From Batkoa obscura (taxonomy: Eukaryota): a stretch of DNA of 64,000 nt. The notes under the pieces are model-generated. The model saw only the letters and a list, made by a program, of their open reading frames with translations. It was not told where the DNA came from and did not search any database. Shown one piece after another: positions 27,814 to 43,002 of this stretch. The translations under genes and the position numbers were made by a program. The stretch is from positions 806,001 through 870,000 of the forward strand of contig JASVEC010000001.1 in assembly GCA_030770535.1 (NCBI GenBank), written 5' to 3'. Numbering within the stretch: the stretch's first letter is position 1; every line of letters begins with the position of its first letter.

Positions 27814-27957
27814 ACTTCCTTAGTACAATTGGTAGTACACATGCCCCAATTTATAAAACTTAACATATGAGCCAATCATAAGCAGCTGACCTGGTTGAAC
27901 ATGCGTTTAGTTATATAAACTACCTTATGAGATGCGGTTTGAATCCCTCTGGAAGCC
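27814..27957 (+). pseudogene. tRNA-like locus of unresolved isotype with a ~70-nt hairpin insert at the anticodon loop
   Basis: CTTCC/GGAAG acceptor pairing, D-arm GTAC-AATTGGTA-GTAC, B-box-like GGTTTGAATCC, T-run about 8 nt downstream; mismatched T and anticodon stems. Confidence 0.6.
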
Positions 27958-28104
27958 TAATAATTTTTTTAATTTTGTTAATGATTAATTTCAAATCGTA
28001 AAATAAGTTACAAAATACTAATCAAATGTTTGTTTAATAATAAGAAATACAACATGTAAAAGAATATAACTTAGGAATCTATGCTACATAGAAATAGCAT
28101 CAAA

Positions 28105-28890
28105 AACTAACAATCGCTACCATATCCCTTACTCATCTTTTCATTCTTCTTTTTGAATCAAATAAACTTATTGAAGGCTTAAGCTTTAATATCAAATGAC
28201 CAAGGTTATTTGAACCAGAAGCTTGAGATTTGGGTGATTTAAAGGAGAAAAGGATCAGTAAACTGGATATTGCTATTAGGTTTTATAAAATCCTGCATAT
28301 CAAAACAAAAATTATTATATATACTTAGTGGTATTTTTTATCTTTTATAATCTTCCGCTAATAAATAATTAAATGTGATTAATCTTAAATCTTTTATTAA
28401 TGTATAGCCAGCTATAAAGGAAAACAAGCTATTATTTTTGCTGATAACTGATAGACTGGACTCATTGAGAATACTTCCGCTTATATATTACTAAACCTAA
28501 GACTTGATTCTGATTGCTACGAATTATGCTATTTATCTACGATGTAGCAATTATTATCACAAATATTACTGTCAAAAATGTCAAGTGTTAATTACAATGG
28601 CAAATTGTTTTGGAAATGTTTCTAAGGCATATGGAATCGATTGGCATAGCACTTGATTTTGGAAGCTGAAAAAAACTATTAGCATTGGATTTACTGCTAT
28701 TAATTTAATACCTTGCCAATAGTTTTTCATCTTATAATGGTTGATGATAAGAGCTATCATTATTGTTAGTCAAATTCATTACTTTCCGCTTTAAACAGTT
28801 CTTTCCGTAAGTCAATTTCTTGAATTTTTTATCTAATAAATTGGATCAAAGCGATTTTGTTTTGGTGATATTAGCACACCTTGTACTAAA
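28105..28890 (-). mobile_element. Highly decayed Ty1/copia pol relic (RT C-terminus and RNase H)
   Basis: Ordered frame-broken motifs KTIGKVL / IVFSASKIKCYAN / GLVIY..GSIL / H.DIKA / DMVA, resembling Y..IG.L, PDIAFAVS, G.V...G..ISW, KHIDIK, MVAD. Confidence 0.4.
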
Positions 28891-29106
28891 TTGTAACAAT
28901 TTCAAAAATAATCTAGTTATGTTGATATCGATCTCTTACATTTCAATCTAGAAATACTTTTAGATGTACTCTTCAAACCTTTATTCTTTTTCATTTACTT
29001 CACAAAAGTATTCAGTAAATAATTGAGTATCATTAGCTTGAGAAATGCTAAAACTCATTTTATTAAGCAAAGATTTTACAGATAATAAAGTTTAAATAGA
29101 ACATTT

Positions 29107-29205
29107 GGGAATGTATTTTTATGTTTAAGAACTTTACTAACAATTTTTCCACTTAAATAGCGCTTAAAAGATATAAAAAATAATGAACCCAAAAAAAACA
29201 TCCTC
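29107..29205 (-). mobile_element. MITE family A, copy 6
   Basis: 99 bp; ATTT direct repeat on both sides. Confidence 0.9.
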
Positions 29206-29940
29206 ATTTTCTAAACTAGTTATTTTTTAACACCTTTTAAAGCAACTTTGAACTTTTTTTCGCTATTTTTTATTCATTATTCTAAATTTACTTACTAAAA
29301 GTAAAATAAACAGGGAATAAGAGTATAAAAAAACGCATATCCTGCTTTGATATGTATGGATACTTTAAAATCTTCAAGTTACTGTTTATAGAAGTGGGGA
29401 TGTCCGAATTGGTTTCATTTTTTATCCAATTTTTAAAAATTTTATATTTTAAAAACTTTGCTTAAAATTCTATTAAAATAAATTCTTTATTAAAAACCAA
29501 AAGTACCCAACACAGTCTTAAATTATTTTATTATTATATTGTGTTGACAGGATTTGTATTAAATTTAATAGAAATTCTTGGGTTATCAAGGCTTTTACTA
29601 ATATAACCTATATATAAATATTAATTAAAGCTATATTATGTAAATAAATGCATATTTTTATAAAACTTCATTGAGAAATATTTATTATTGACTGCTTTAT
29701 AGCCAACATTGCAGATCTACTATCAATAAATAAATAACTTTAATGTTATAATTATATTACTAATATATCACTAAGTTAATAAATAGCTGCATGGGAGGGA
29801 TCGGTTAGCCCTAAAACCATAATTAACTATTTTTATATAGTACAAGCAGTATAATAATAGTTTTTACTTATTATTATAACTAGTTGCTCTTTGGCTGTTT
29901 ATTAACTTAGGTATTAATAATTCAAGTAATAGCAACATTT

Positions 29941-30039
29941 GGGGGTGTTTTTTTTGACTTCATTATTTTTTCCATTTTTTAAGCGCTATTTGAGCGGAAA
30001 AATTGTTAGTAAAATTCTTAAACACAAAAATACATCCCC
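29941..30039 (+). mobile_element. MITE family A, copy 7
   Basis: 99 bp, near consensus. Confidence 0.9.
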
Positions 30040-30171
30040 ATATAAATAACTCAATCTGAAATTGTAATATATTTTAATTTTAAAAGTAAAGTTCAAAACA
30101 TTTTGTTACAAGGATTTTAAATTTTATTTATTGAATTTTGCATAAATATAATAAAAAAAATTTTAATGTAA

Positions 30172-30632
30172 TGTGAAAGTTGATACTTAGTGGTCGAAGT
30201 TAAAAGCTACTCTTGCTTAATTAACTTGCCTTGAGTCGAAGGGTCTTAGTTTATGTAACTAAGATAGACTTAACTTAATAGAAATAGTATGTAGTAAGCT
30301 ACGAATTATGTAAACAAATACAATGGAAGATACTACCGTAAAATCTATATAAGATGTTGTCAGAAAGACTTAGTGGCTTTATTAATGATACATTATCAGA
30401 GAGTAATCCAATTAAAAAGCCTCGAGTTATCATATTGAAGAATCTCTTTTATACTCCAACAAGTATGGATATTAAAAGGAGATAATATTCTTTGCAATAT
30501 GAAGTTAGAAATTCTCGCAGCAAATCAAAATAAGAGACTCTGAATTGATTGTGTTTGAACTTGAGAATACAACAACTTAAGTGATTGTTGTGTTATAATC
30601 AATCTGAGAGCTAAATAAAGCAATATTTCACA
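30172..30632 (+). mobile_element. Solo LTR, 461 bp
   Basis: TGTGAAA...TTTCACA termini, GTAA duplicated on both sides, AATAAA near the 3' end, near-identical to 31863-32461. Confidence 0.85.
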
Positions 30633-31002
30633 GTAAAACAACATTATAAATTTATATTAAAAAGTTACTTTTAAATAAAAAATAACTTAAAGTGTTAATT
30701 TTTATTATATTTTATATATATTTTTAATAAACTAATGCAAATTTCCTTATTTATTGGCTTTTTGTAACTAATATAAAGCAATTAAACTTTAAGTACTAAA
30801 TTTAATATTTTAATTAATATAGTTAATATATATAAATATAATAAATAATTAAATTCATATATATTAAATTTACTTTATTAAGATATTTATATTATTTTGT
30901 TATAATAGACTATTTTATTTTTGCATAAATACTATAGTATTTAATTTTATTAAATTAATATTTAAAATTTTTATTTTATTTTATTTTATTTTTTTGCTTT
31001 AT

Positions 31003-31101
31003 GGGGATGTATTTTTTTGTTTAAGAATTTTACTAACAATCTTTCCGCTCAAATAGTACTTAAAAGATGGAAAAAGAAATGAAATCAAAAAAAACATCCC
31101 C
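31003..31101 (-). mobile_element. MITE family A, copy 8
   Basis: 99 bp; TTAT direct repeat on both sides. Confidence 0.9.
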
Positions 31102-31382
31102 TTATAGTTAAGTCTAGTTTACTTTTTTTTGCATTTGTTATTATTTTCAGCTTTTAATAACTATATTTATATAATATATATAGGGATATTTAAAGTAGTT
31201 TCAGAATTTAGTTAAAAATTAACCTAAATTTTAAGTTTTTAAATTTATAAGTCCTTGATATATAATTAGTTAAGTTTAAAAGATTAAAACTAAATAAAAA
31301 AATTCAAGAAAGACTTATTTTAATTGTTTTATTTTTTTAATTATGTGTTTTGTATTATTCTTATTAAATGTTTAATAGATAT

Positions 31383-31481
31383 GGGGGTGTTTTTTTTGGC
31401 TTCATTACTTTTTCCACTTTTTAAGCGCTATTTGAGTGGAAAAATTGTTAGTAAAATTCTTAAACATAAAAACACATCCCC
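31383..31481 (+). mobile_element. MITE family A, copy 9
   Basis: 99 bp; ATAT flanks. Confidence 0.9.
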
Positions 31482-31862
31482 ATATATAATATATAAATAT
31501 ATAGTTATTTGACTTTATTTTTTATTAAAATAAAAACCAACGAGTAGCATTATTATCAACTATAGCTTCGGTATATTCTTTTGATAAAGGTAAAAGTTTT
31601 AGATTTGATATAAATAAAAATCAATATAATTAATAATAATAAAATATCAATATTATAACTCATTATTAAAAATACAAAAAAATTAAAAATGAGTAAATTA
31701 AAATTATTATACAGTATTTACTTAATAATTTGACTATTTTATCAAGATTTAATAATAATAATAATAATAATAAATATTTATCATATAGTATACATATATT
31801 AAATAAAAGTAGAAAAACGATATATAGTAAATATCTCAATGATTTAAAAAATAAAGCAGTAG

Positions 31863-32461
31863 TGTGAAAGTTGGTACTCAGTGGTAGGAGTTAAAAGCAG
31901 TTCTAGCTTAATTAATTGGCCGTAAGTCGAAAGGTCTTAGTTTATGTAACTAAGATAGACTTAAATTAGTAAGAATAATGCGCAATAGGCTATGAACTGT
32001 AAAAGTTGATACTCAGTGGTTGGAGTTAAAAGCAGTCCTTGTTTGATTAACTTGCCTTGAGTCGAACGGTCTTAGTTTATATAATTAAGATAGACTTAAA
32101 TGAATAAGAACAATATATAATAAGTTACAAACTATGTAAAACAAATAGAATAGATAATACTACTGTAAAATCTACATAAGATGTTATCAGAAAGACTTAG
32201 TGGCTTTATTAATGGTATGATATCAGGGAGTAATTCAGTTAAAAAGCCTCAAGTTAGTATGTTAAAGAATCTCTTTTATACTCCAACAAGTATGGATATC
32301 AAAATGAGAGGATATAATCCTTTGCAATATGAAGTTAGAAATCCTCGCAGCAAATCAAAATAAGAGACTCTGACTTGATTGTGTTTGAACTTGAGAACAC
32401 AGCAACTTAAGTGATTGTTGTGTTATAATCAATCCGAGAGCTAATAAAGCAATATTTCACA
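31863..32461 (+). mobile_element. Solo LTR, second copy, with its first 135 bp tandemly duplicated
   Basis: TGTGAAAG...TTTCACA; the 5' unit restarts at 31998 (TGTAAAAGTTGATACTCAGTGG). Confidence 0.85.
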
Positions 32462-33545
32462 TAGGTATATTTTAAACAATTTGTAAAAAATAATAGAGTG
32501 TAAAGTATGTAGAAAATAAAATAAAATAAAATATTAAAATGAGTCATAGTTTGAACTTATCTTCACTTCATGATAAAATTTTAGGTTGTATGATAATATT
32601 ATAACGGAATATAAGTGTATTGTACCTTTCGATTATATTAATTGGATAGTTCTTAAAAATATTTGATCTAGCTGATCTTTAAACGCACAGTGATTTCTTT
32701 CATATTTTTGATAACTTTAAGTAAATTAATTTCATTATTTACATCAAAATTTATGTTCAAGGACTCTGTATGTTACCCTCAAATAACCTTCAGCAGTAAA
32801 AAAGATACCAGCTTATCTGATATTCCATTCTAAATGATATTATAATAATACAGCTTAGCCTACTTAATATAATGAATATCAAATAAATATATATGTTGAT
32901 TCCAGAATAATTCAGAAGTTAATTTAAGAAAACGTACTTGGCTAGTTTCTAATGTGAACCGAAAAGTTGACTCATTAAAGTTTATGAACAATTTTGATTT
33001 AAATTATAAATTATAATCTCAAAATCAATATTAGTATAACTTTAGAAGTATCAGTATATGTATATTTAATATCTGTAAAACCTATGGTTTGTAATCTAAT
33101 TTAACATCATTAGGTAACAATATATTATTTTAATGTCGCTTACTATTCATTATCTTTTAATCTACTTCAACGTTGCTATAACAACATAGCTACAATATTA
33201 AATAGTAATAGAATACTCTATGAAATGAATAGCAACTACATTAAAAAGTACCATGATAAATAGAATAATGACAAACGTAATTTTTTTAAAGTTAGTTTAA
33301 GTTTAAAAATATATTTGTACTTATTTTACAAATTCACCAAAAATAATAAAATTCAAAAAACCAAATAATGAATAGTTTAATCATTTAAAAGTTATTACCA
33401 AGAGTTTTTTTTAACAATAGTAATAAAAATAACTATGGTATATTAGTAATATAAGTAAACTCTTTGTAAAATGAGTATATAAAACAGCTAAGACATAGTT
33501 AAAAAGCCATCAAATTACTTTATAAATAATTGATTATTTAATACT

Positions 33546-35453
33546 ATGCAACTTAATTTTTTATCATTAGTAACTCTCTTAGTTACTTTAGCATCTGGTC
33601 AAACTAATACCGGAGCTGCTGATCCCTGTGCCAAAATATCCAACAAGTCAGTAATTGGATATAAAGATGTACTTGCTTGTTATGATAACTTTAAGTTAAC
33701 CGATAAAATACGTAATGGTGTTTCTGATACCTTAAAGAAGATTCTTCCTTTCTATGCTTTTATCGATATTGCTAAAAGATCCCCTGACCCAAAAGTACCT
33801 AGTTACATTGATATTAGATCTGAACTAGACAAAGTTCTATCTAAAAAATATCATACTGAACGTGATTTTCAAATTTCTATCGTTAAATTCTTTAACACTT
33901 TGGAAGATGGTCATACTAGGTATACCTCCAATTGTTTCTCTAGCTTTGTATTCAGACAACCATTCCCGATATACACAGAGGAAGGTAAATGGGGAGAAAT
34001 CAAAGTAAAGATCCCTCAAGGTTTACAATATAGTCAATCTCTTCTTGATGCTTGGGAAGCTGCTGGTGTAGATGTATTAAGCTATGCTGGTGCTGAAGTG
34101 TTATCGATCGATGGTAAACAACCACTCGAATTTGTTGAACAATATGCTAAACACTATATTGGTACCTCAAGAGATGTTAACTCTCGTGTGAATTATGCCC
34201 TTGCACGTTCTATTCAAAGTAATGGCCAATGGGGTATCAGTTATGGTAGCTTTGGATCCACCTCTATTCCGCCAGTTAAAGAAACTTTAAAATTTAGAAT
34301 TCGTGCTGGTAATGGTGAGAAAGAAGTAATTGTACCTTATATTGCTACTCCAAATGTACAGAAGCCATTTACTGATGCCAAGTCTTTTTATGACGACAAT
34401 TGTGAAGTAGTTGATCTTGATGCTCTCATAAAAGAAATTTTCGGAGGAAGTAATAATAAGCTTCAATTATTAGAAGTACCAGAAGTCAAAGAAATCCCAA
34501 TCGAAGCACCGCTTAAAACTGCAAATTCAAGGTTGATTGATCCACTTTTAACTGCAGTAGTTGATGGAACTTACGTTAAAACTTATATTTTACCTGACAA
34601 CGTAGGTGTTGTTCACATTTCTACTTTTTCAGCACAAGACGAATCTAGATGGTACAACGAAATTATTGATGGTTTCAAGGCGCTCCAAGATGAAAAGGTT
34701 GAAAAACTAATATTAGATGTAAGTAATAATGGTGGTGGTGTCATTTGTTGGGGTTATAATGTGTTAGATTATCTCTTCCCAAATGCTTCTACTAAATTCT
34801 TTAACACTGATATGCATTACTCTCCTTTACTTGCTAAGCTTACCCAAAATAATACGAATGGTTTCTTTTCCCCAATTGATTATAATCAACCTGATGGAAA
34901 GTCATTTGCTTCACAAAATGCCTTTACTAACATCAAGAGCTATTATCGCGGTACTAATAGAAACAGCCAATACACTCCTCAATTCCAAGAAAAATGTGGC
35001 GCCAATCCATTAAGATCCTTATTAGTTAGTGGTAAACAACCATTCAAGACTAAAAATATTGCTTTAGTTTCTAACTCCATCTGTTATTCTACCTGTACTC
35101 TTTTAAGCAATGGTATGCAAGAATTCCATAATGTTAAGAGCTACGCTTTTGGTGGTCTTAAATATAAGGATGCTACTATTGGTTCTCTTGCTGGTGGTAC
35201 AGTTTATACTCTTGATAGTCTTTTTAGTAGTTTAGAATATTCAGGATTAGGTAAAAATCCAGCTGCTCCACAACCCCTCCCAATTAAAGGTGGTGTTCGC
35301 TTCACTGTTAGAGAGGCTTATTCTTCTAGATTTAAGGAGCTTCGTCCATTAGAATTCACTTGGAATCCAGCCAAGAATCATAAAGCTTATACTGCAGAAA
35401 CCGCTTTCAATCCATACAAGGTTTGGGAACAAGTTGCTAAAGATTTAAAATAA
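33546..35453 (+). CDS. Secreted peptidase family S41 (fungal CPAF-like), intronless
   Basis: Signal peptide; DGHT, PDZ-like VLSIDG, LILDVSNNGGG, CYSTC serine context. Confidence 0.88.
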   Translation: MQLNFLSLVTLLVTLASGQTNTGAADPCAKISNKSVIGYKDVLACYDNFKLTDKIRNGVSDTLKKILPFYAFIDIAKRSPDPKVPSYIDIRSELDKVLSKKYHTERDFQISIVKFFNTLEDGHTRYTSNCFSSFVFRQPFPIYTEEGKWGEIKVKIPQGLQYSQSLLDAWEAAGVDVLSYAGAEVLSIDGKQPLEFVEQYAKHYIGTSRDVNSRVNYALARSIQSNGQWGISYGSFGSTSIPPVKETLKFRIRAGNGEKEVIVPYIATPNVQKPFTDAKSFYDDNCEVVDLDALIKEIFGGSNNKLQLLEVPEVKEIPIEAPLKTANSRLIDPLLTAVVDGTYVKTYILPDNVGVVHISTFSAQDESRWYNEIIDGFKALQDEKVEKLILDVSNNGGGVICWGYNVLDYLFPNASTKFFNTDMHYSPLLAKLTQNNTNGFFSPIDYNQPDGKSFASQNAFTNIKSYYRGTNRNSQYTPQFQEKCGANPLRSLLVSGKQPFKTKNIALVSNSICYSTCTLLSNGMQEFHNVKSYAFGGLKYKDATIGSLAGGTVYTLDSLFSSLEYSGLGKNPAAPQPLPIKGGVRFTVREAYSSRFKELRPLEFTWNPAKNHKAYTAETAFNPYKVWEQVAKDLK

Positions 35454-35934
35454 TTAGCAAACCCTTGTTATTAATAAAAATTATTTACAGCTATGTTCTT
35501 ATTTCTTTTAGTTATCATTATCAGTGATGAATTTTTATTCAAATTATTTAATACATTTTCTTATTAAAAACTATTTGTAAGCAAATTAGGTAATTTAGTC
35601 TTTGAGATTGCCTAAAGGTAGATGCTTATATGTTTAAAGATAAAGGCTGATAAAAAATAACTGTTTTTATTACTTGTTTATTGTAATATTTGTACAATAT
35701 TACTTTTTTATACAAACTATTTAAAATTATTAAAAATTTAAGCTAATTTTAAAAATAGTGACTTTTATATTTATATTGGGTTTGTTTTACGATATTATAA
35801 TATTTATATTTATGTTTATTTAGATAAACTAACAGTAAATAATTTGATACCTTTTTAATTACTTAATAAAAAGTTATAAAATTTAATAATATAATAGTTT
35901 TAATATTAAGCTACTATGTTATTAAGTTTTATTA

Positions 35935-36274
35935 TGTGAAATATCGCTTCATTAGCTCTATGATTGGTTATAATATAATAATCAATTCAGAGTTCCTTAT
36001 ATATATTTGCTGTGAGAATTGCTACCACCTGATCATGAAGAACTTATTGTCCACGTTTTAATGTCCATACTTAGTAACTATAATAAGGAATAACTGCTAT
36101 AATGTTGGTTGTATATAGCCACCCAGTTGGAGTATAAAAGAGATTGTTCAATATACTAACTTGAGGCTTTTTAACTGAATTACTCCCTGATATCATACCA
36201 TTAATAAAGCCACTAAGTCTTTCTGATAACATCTTATGTAGATTTTACAATAGTATTATCTATTCTATTTGTTT
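35935..36274 (-). mobile_element. 5'-truncated, inverted copy of the same LTR family
   Basis: Reverse complement of the LTR core (AAGCCACTAAGTCTTTCTGATAACATCTTATGTAG); terminus TGTGAAATAT at 35935; ~53-bp insertion; runs into (TTTGTTTA)n. Confidence 0.8.
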
Positions 36275-36481
36275 ATTTGTTTATTTGTTTATTTGTTTAT
36301 TTATTTTAAAATATATATTAATATCAAACATTAAATAAATATAAATAAAAAATGATAATATATATATTGATAGCATTTTGTTAAATTTTTATCAAGTTTT
36401 TTGCTTATACTTGTTTAATGATTTGATATTAATACACTAAAAAAAATTATCAAAAAACAAAAGTATTTATTAATATTCAGA

Positions 36482-36548
36482 CTATTTCATATTAACTGTC
36501 ATATTTAGCTAAAATCGTTAAGAAAATATGACAGTTAATGTGAGACAG
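36482..36548. repeat. Inverted repeat with a perfect 16-bp stem
   Basis: ATTAACTGTCATATTT (36491-36506) pairs with AAATATGACAGTTAAT (36524-36539). Confidence 0.85.
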
Positions 36549-36761
36549 ACCAAGTACGTAGCTTGCACCTATTTTCAACCAATAATTTCCAAACACGACA
36601 ATAAAAATAAGTTAACTTTTAAATTTTAGTTTATTTAAATTTTAACTAAAAATGGATGAAAAATTTTAAATTTTTTTGAGTTGGAACCATAGTAATCATA
36701 ATTGGTATTTCGAAAATCAAATAAAAAAAATTAAAATTTTTTTTATAAAATTAACAAATAA

Positions 36762-40265
<3,504 letters not shown>

Positions 40266-40321
40266 ATGAATGGGAGAAAACACTAATAAATAATATTATT
40301 TTATATTTTATTATCTTATAT

Positions 40322-40420
40322 GGGGGTGTTTTTTTTGGCTTCATCACTTTTTCCATTTTTTAAGCACTATTTGAGCAGAAAGATTGTTAGTAAAATTCTT
40401 AAACAAAAGAATACATCTCC
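40322..40420 (+). mobile_element. MITE family A, copy 10
   Basis: 99 bp; ATAT flanks. Confidence 0.9.
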
Positions 40421-40439
40421 ATATATTATTATTTTATAT

Positions 40440-40539
40440 GAGGATGTTTTTTTTTGGTTCCATTATTTTTTCTATCTTTTAAGCGCTATTTAAGTGGAAA
40501 AATTGTTAGTAAAATTCTCAAATACAAAAATACATCCCC
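40440..40539 (+). mobile_element. MITE family A, copy 11, tandem with copy 10
   Basis: GAGGATGT...ATACATCCCC; ATAT flanks. Confidence 0.9.
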
Positions 40540-40552
40540 ATATATTATTATT

Positions 40553-42004
40553 TTAAAAATGATCTGTAATAAAATCCATTTTGAAATTATTACAATTTGT
40601 TGGTGGTAAATCTTTTTGATCTCCTTTGGCTAATAATATAGTCCAATAATGACCTTTTGGTACATACCAAATACCAATAGAACCAAATCCAAGACCAAGT
40701 AATCTTTCTCGATGACCTAATTAAAACAAATTAATAAATAAAATATGAATATATTTAATACTATTATATTATATTATATTATATTATGTTGTACTATATT
40801 AACCTACCTCTATCTCTTAACATTAAACTCAATAATTGATTAACATCTTTTACACCTCTTGCAATATTTTGACCATAAGCTTTCCATTCTAATCCACCAT
40901 CCACTATTTTTTCACCAATAGTAAACCCCCCCTCATTTCCATTAACCAGTCTATTATTAAGAGCCATCCATTCAGTATGATTTCTAGCAATTTCCATTAA
41001 AATCAGATTAGCACCAACAGGTGGTGAACTAGGTAAAGCTTGTTTTCTAGCAAAATTAATAGAACATAAAATTTCCTTTAAATCGAATTTATAATGTTTA
41101 GTATCAATAGAATTATAATCAAAATTGCCATTATACGTTCGTCCACTTCGTGATGTTTTCCATCGTACTATGGGATTATTTCGTAATTTATTTTTTAATC
41201 TCAGGCGTTTACTTTGTTTCGTTAAATTAAATAAGATTGGTGGATATATTTCTTGTTTTTTTATATTTGCTAATGTGGAATAAGTACTATTGATAGGAGT
41301 ATTGTTGATGAATATTGTTGTATTATATATTGTTGTTGAGTTTTCTTTTTCTCTTTTTAATATTTGTTGATTATGTTCTTTTTTTATAAAATTAGTACAA
41401 TCTGGTAAGATAATTGGATAAGGTGATTTAGTTAATATTATATTTAATGATTTTAATTTAAAAGAATAGCTTAAACCTATATGAGTATAACTAGGTTCTA
41501 ATATTAAATTTTTGGCTTCTATAAAGATAATATTAGTATTATTATTATTAATTATTAATTATTATTGATTTTATTTTACCTTGATCATTCCAAATAGCTA
41601 ATAACCCTTCTTCTGTATTATTAATGTTTTTTAATAAAATAGTACCCGCTTTAAACCATAATATATTATTAATATTTAATTGATTTAAATAAGTTTGATT
41701 AATTATACTATTATTCAAAGTTATATTGAACGAGTTATCTAAATTGTATTCAGCTACTTTATTTAAAGATCTAAAAAAATTTAAGATTAATATTAAAGTT
41801 CGATTCTGTATTTATTAAAACCTACTTATAACTCCCTAAAGGCAACCTTAATTTTGGATCTAAAGTTCTTATTTCATTTAATAAACAATGATACCTTGAT
41901 AATTCAAATTCTTCTTTTTTAAATAAAATATTATTAGATATTGAAATGGAATGGATTGTTATGAACATTGACAACAGTATACTTAATTGATAAAATAATT
42001 GCAT
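40553..42004 (-). CDS. Secreted protein with two CAP/SCP domains, 4 exons
   Basis: Signal peptide MQLFYQLSILLSMFITIHS; HCLLNEIR...NLILEPSYTHIG; ILCSINFAR..IARNHTEWM..YGQNIARG..GHRERLL..IGI..HYWT. Confidence 0.75.
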
Positions 42005-43002
42005 TGTGTTTTTACTTTGGATACTAACATAATAAAGTAATAACAATTCTTATTTATTTATTTTTTTTTCCAAAAGTTCCTCAATTGCTTATCTTACTTT
42101 GATAACATTTATTGGCTATTTATTAAATTAAGAAATTACTTCTATTTTTACCAAATGGGGTAACTCAATTTAATTTGAGTTAATTGATTTAAAATTGGAA
42201 AATTAAGATGGACTAATTTGAAAATTATATAATTTAAAACTTATTAATTATTAGCTTTATCTAAGATTATAATATTATATATTATAATTATTTTTATTTA
42301 AAAACATACTATTTTATTATATAATTAAATTTTAAACTTTATATACATCCTCAGCTTTTTATTGCAAAACATTTTTTTATTTTTTTTAACAATATTAAAT
42401 ATTATTTTAATATAAGTATTTATTTTTTTTGTTTATATTTTTTTTCTTTTTTATTACTATTTATATACCTTTATATTTTATTAAATAACTATTTTTTATA
42501 TTCTATAAACTTTTTTATAAACTTCCAGATTTTTTAACTAATATAAAACAGCTAAGCTTCAAGTATTAAATTTTATATATTCCAAATTAAACAGTTATAT
42601 GTTAAAATAATAAAAGTTATATTAAAGTATTAAATGCTTAACTAAATGAAACAGCTATAGACTTAAAATAAAATATCTTTAAATTTAAATAAGTTTTATA
42701 ATATAAAAATAAAAAATTATATAAATTGAAATTATATTAACTATAATTTAATTTAATTTTTACTTTGTTCTGGTTTTGCTTTTTAATGTAATATGAAGTC
42801 AAAAAATGATGCATAATATGTTATTTTATCTCTGATAATAAATTATTAACTATACATACTCTTAATAAATCATCAAAAAAAGTATTTAAACAAACTAGAA
42901 GCAAATTTAATTTTGAAATTGACTTGTTTTTTTTCAGCTACTAAAATTGGCTTTAGTAAAAAATTATTAGTATATAATTATATGCACTTTCAAGGCCACT
43001 AA

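Noticed and set aside
32181..32363. 60-aa ORF inside the LTR
   Set aside because: Disrupted in the 30172 copy and has no recognisable domain
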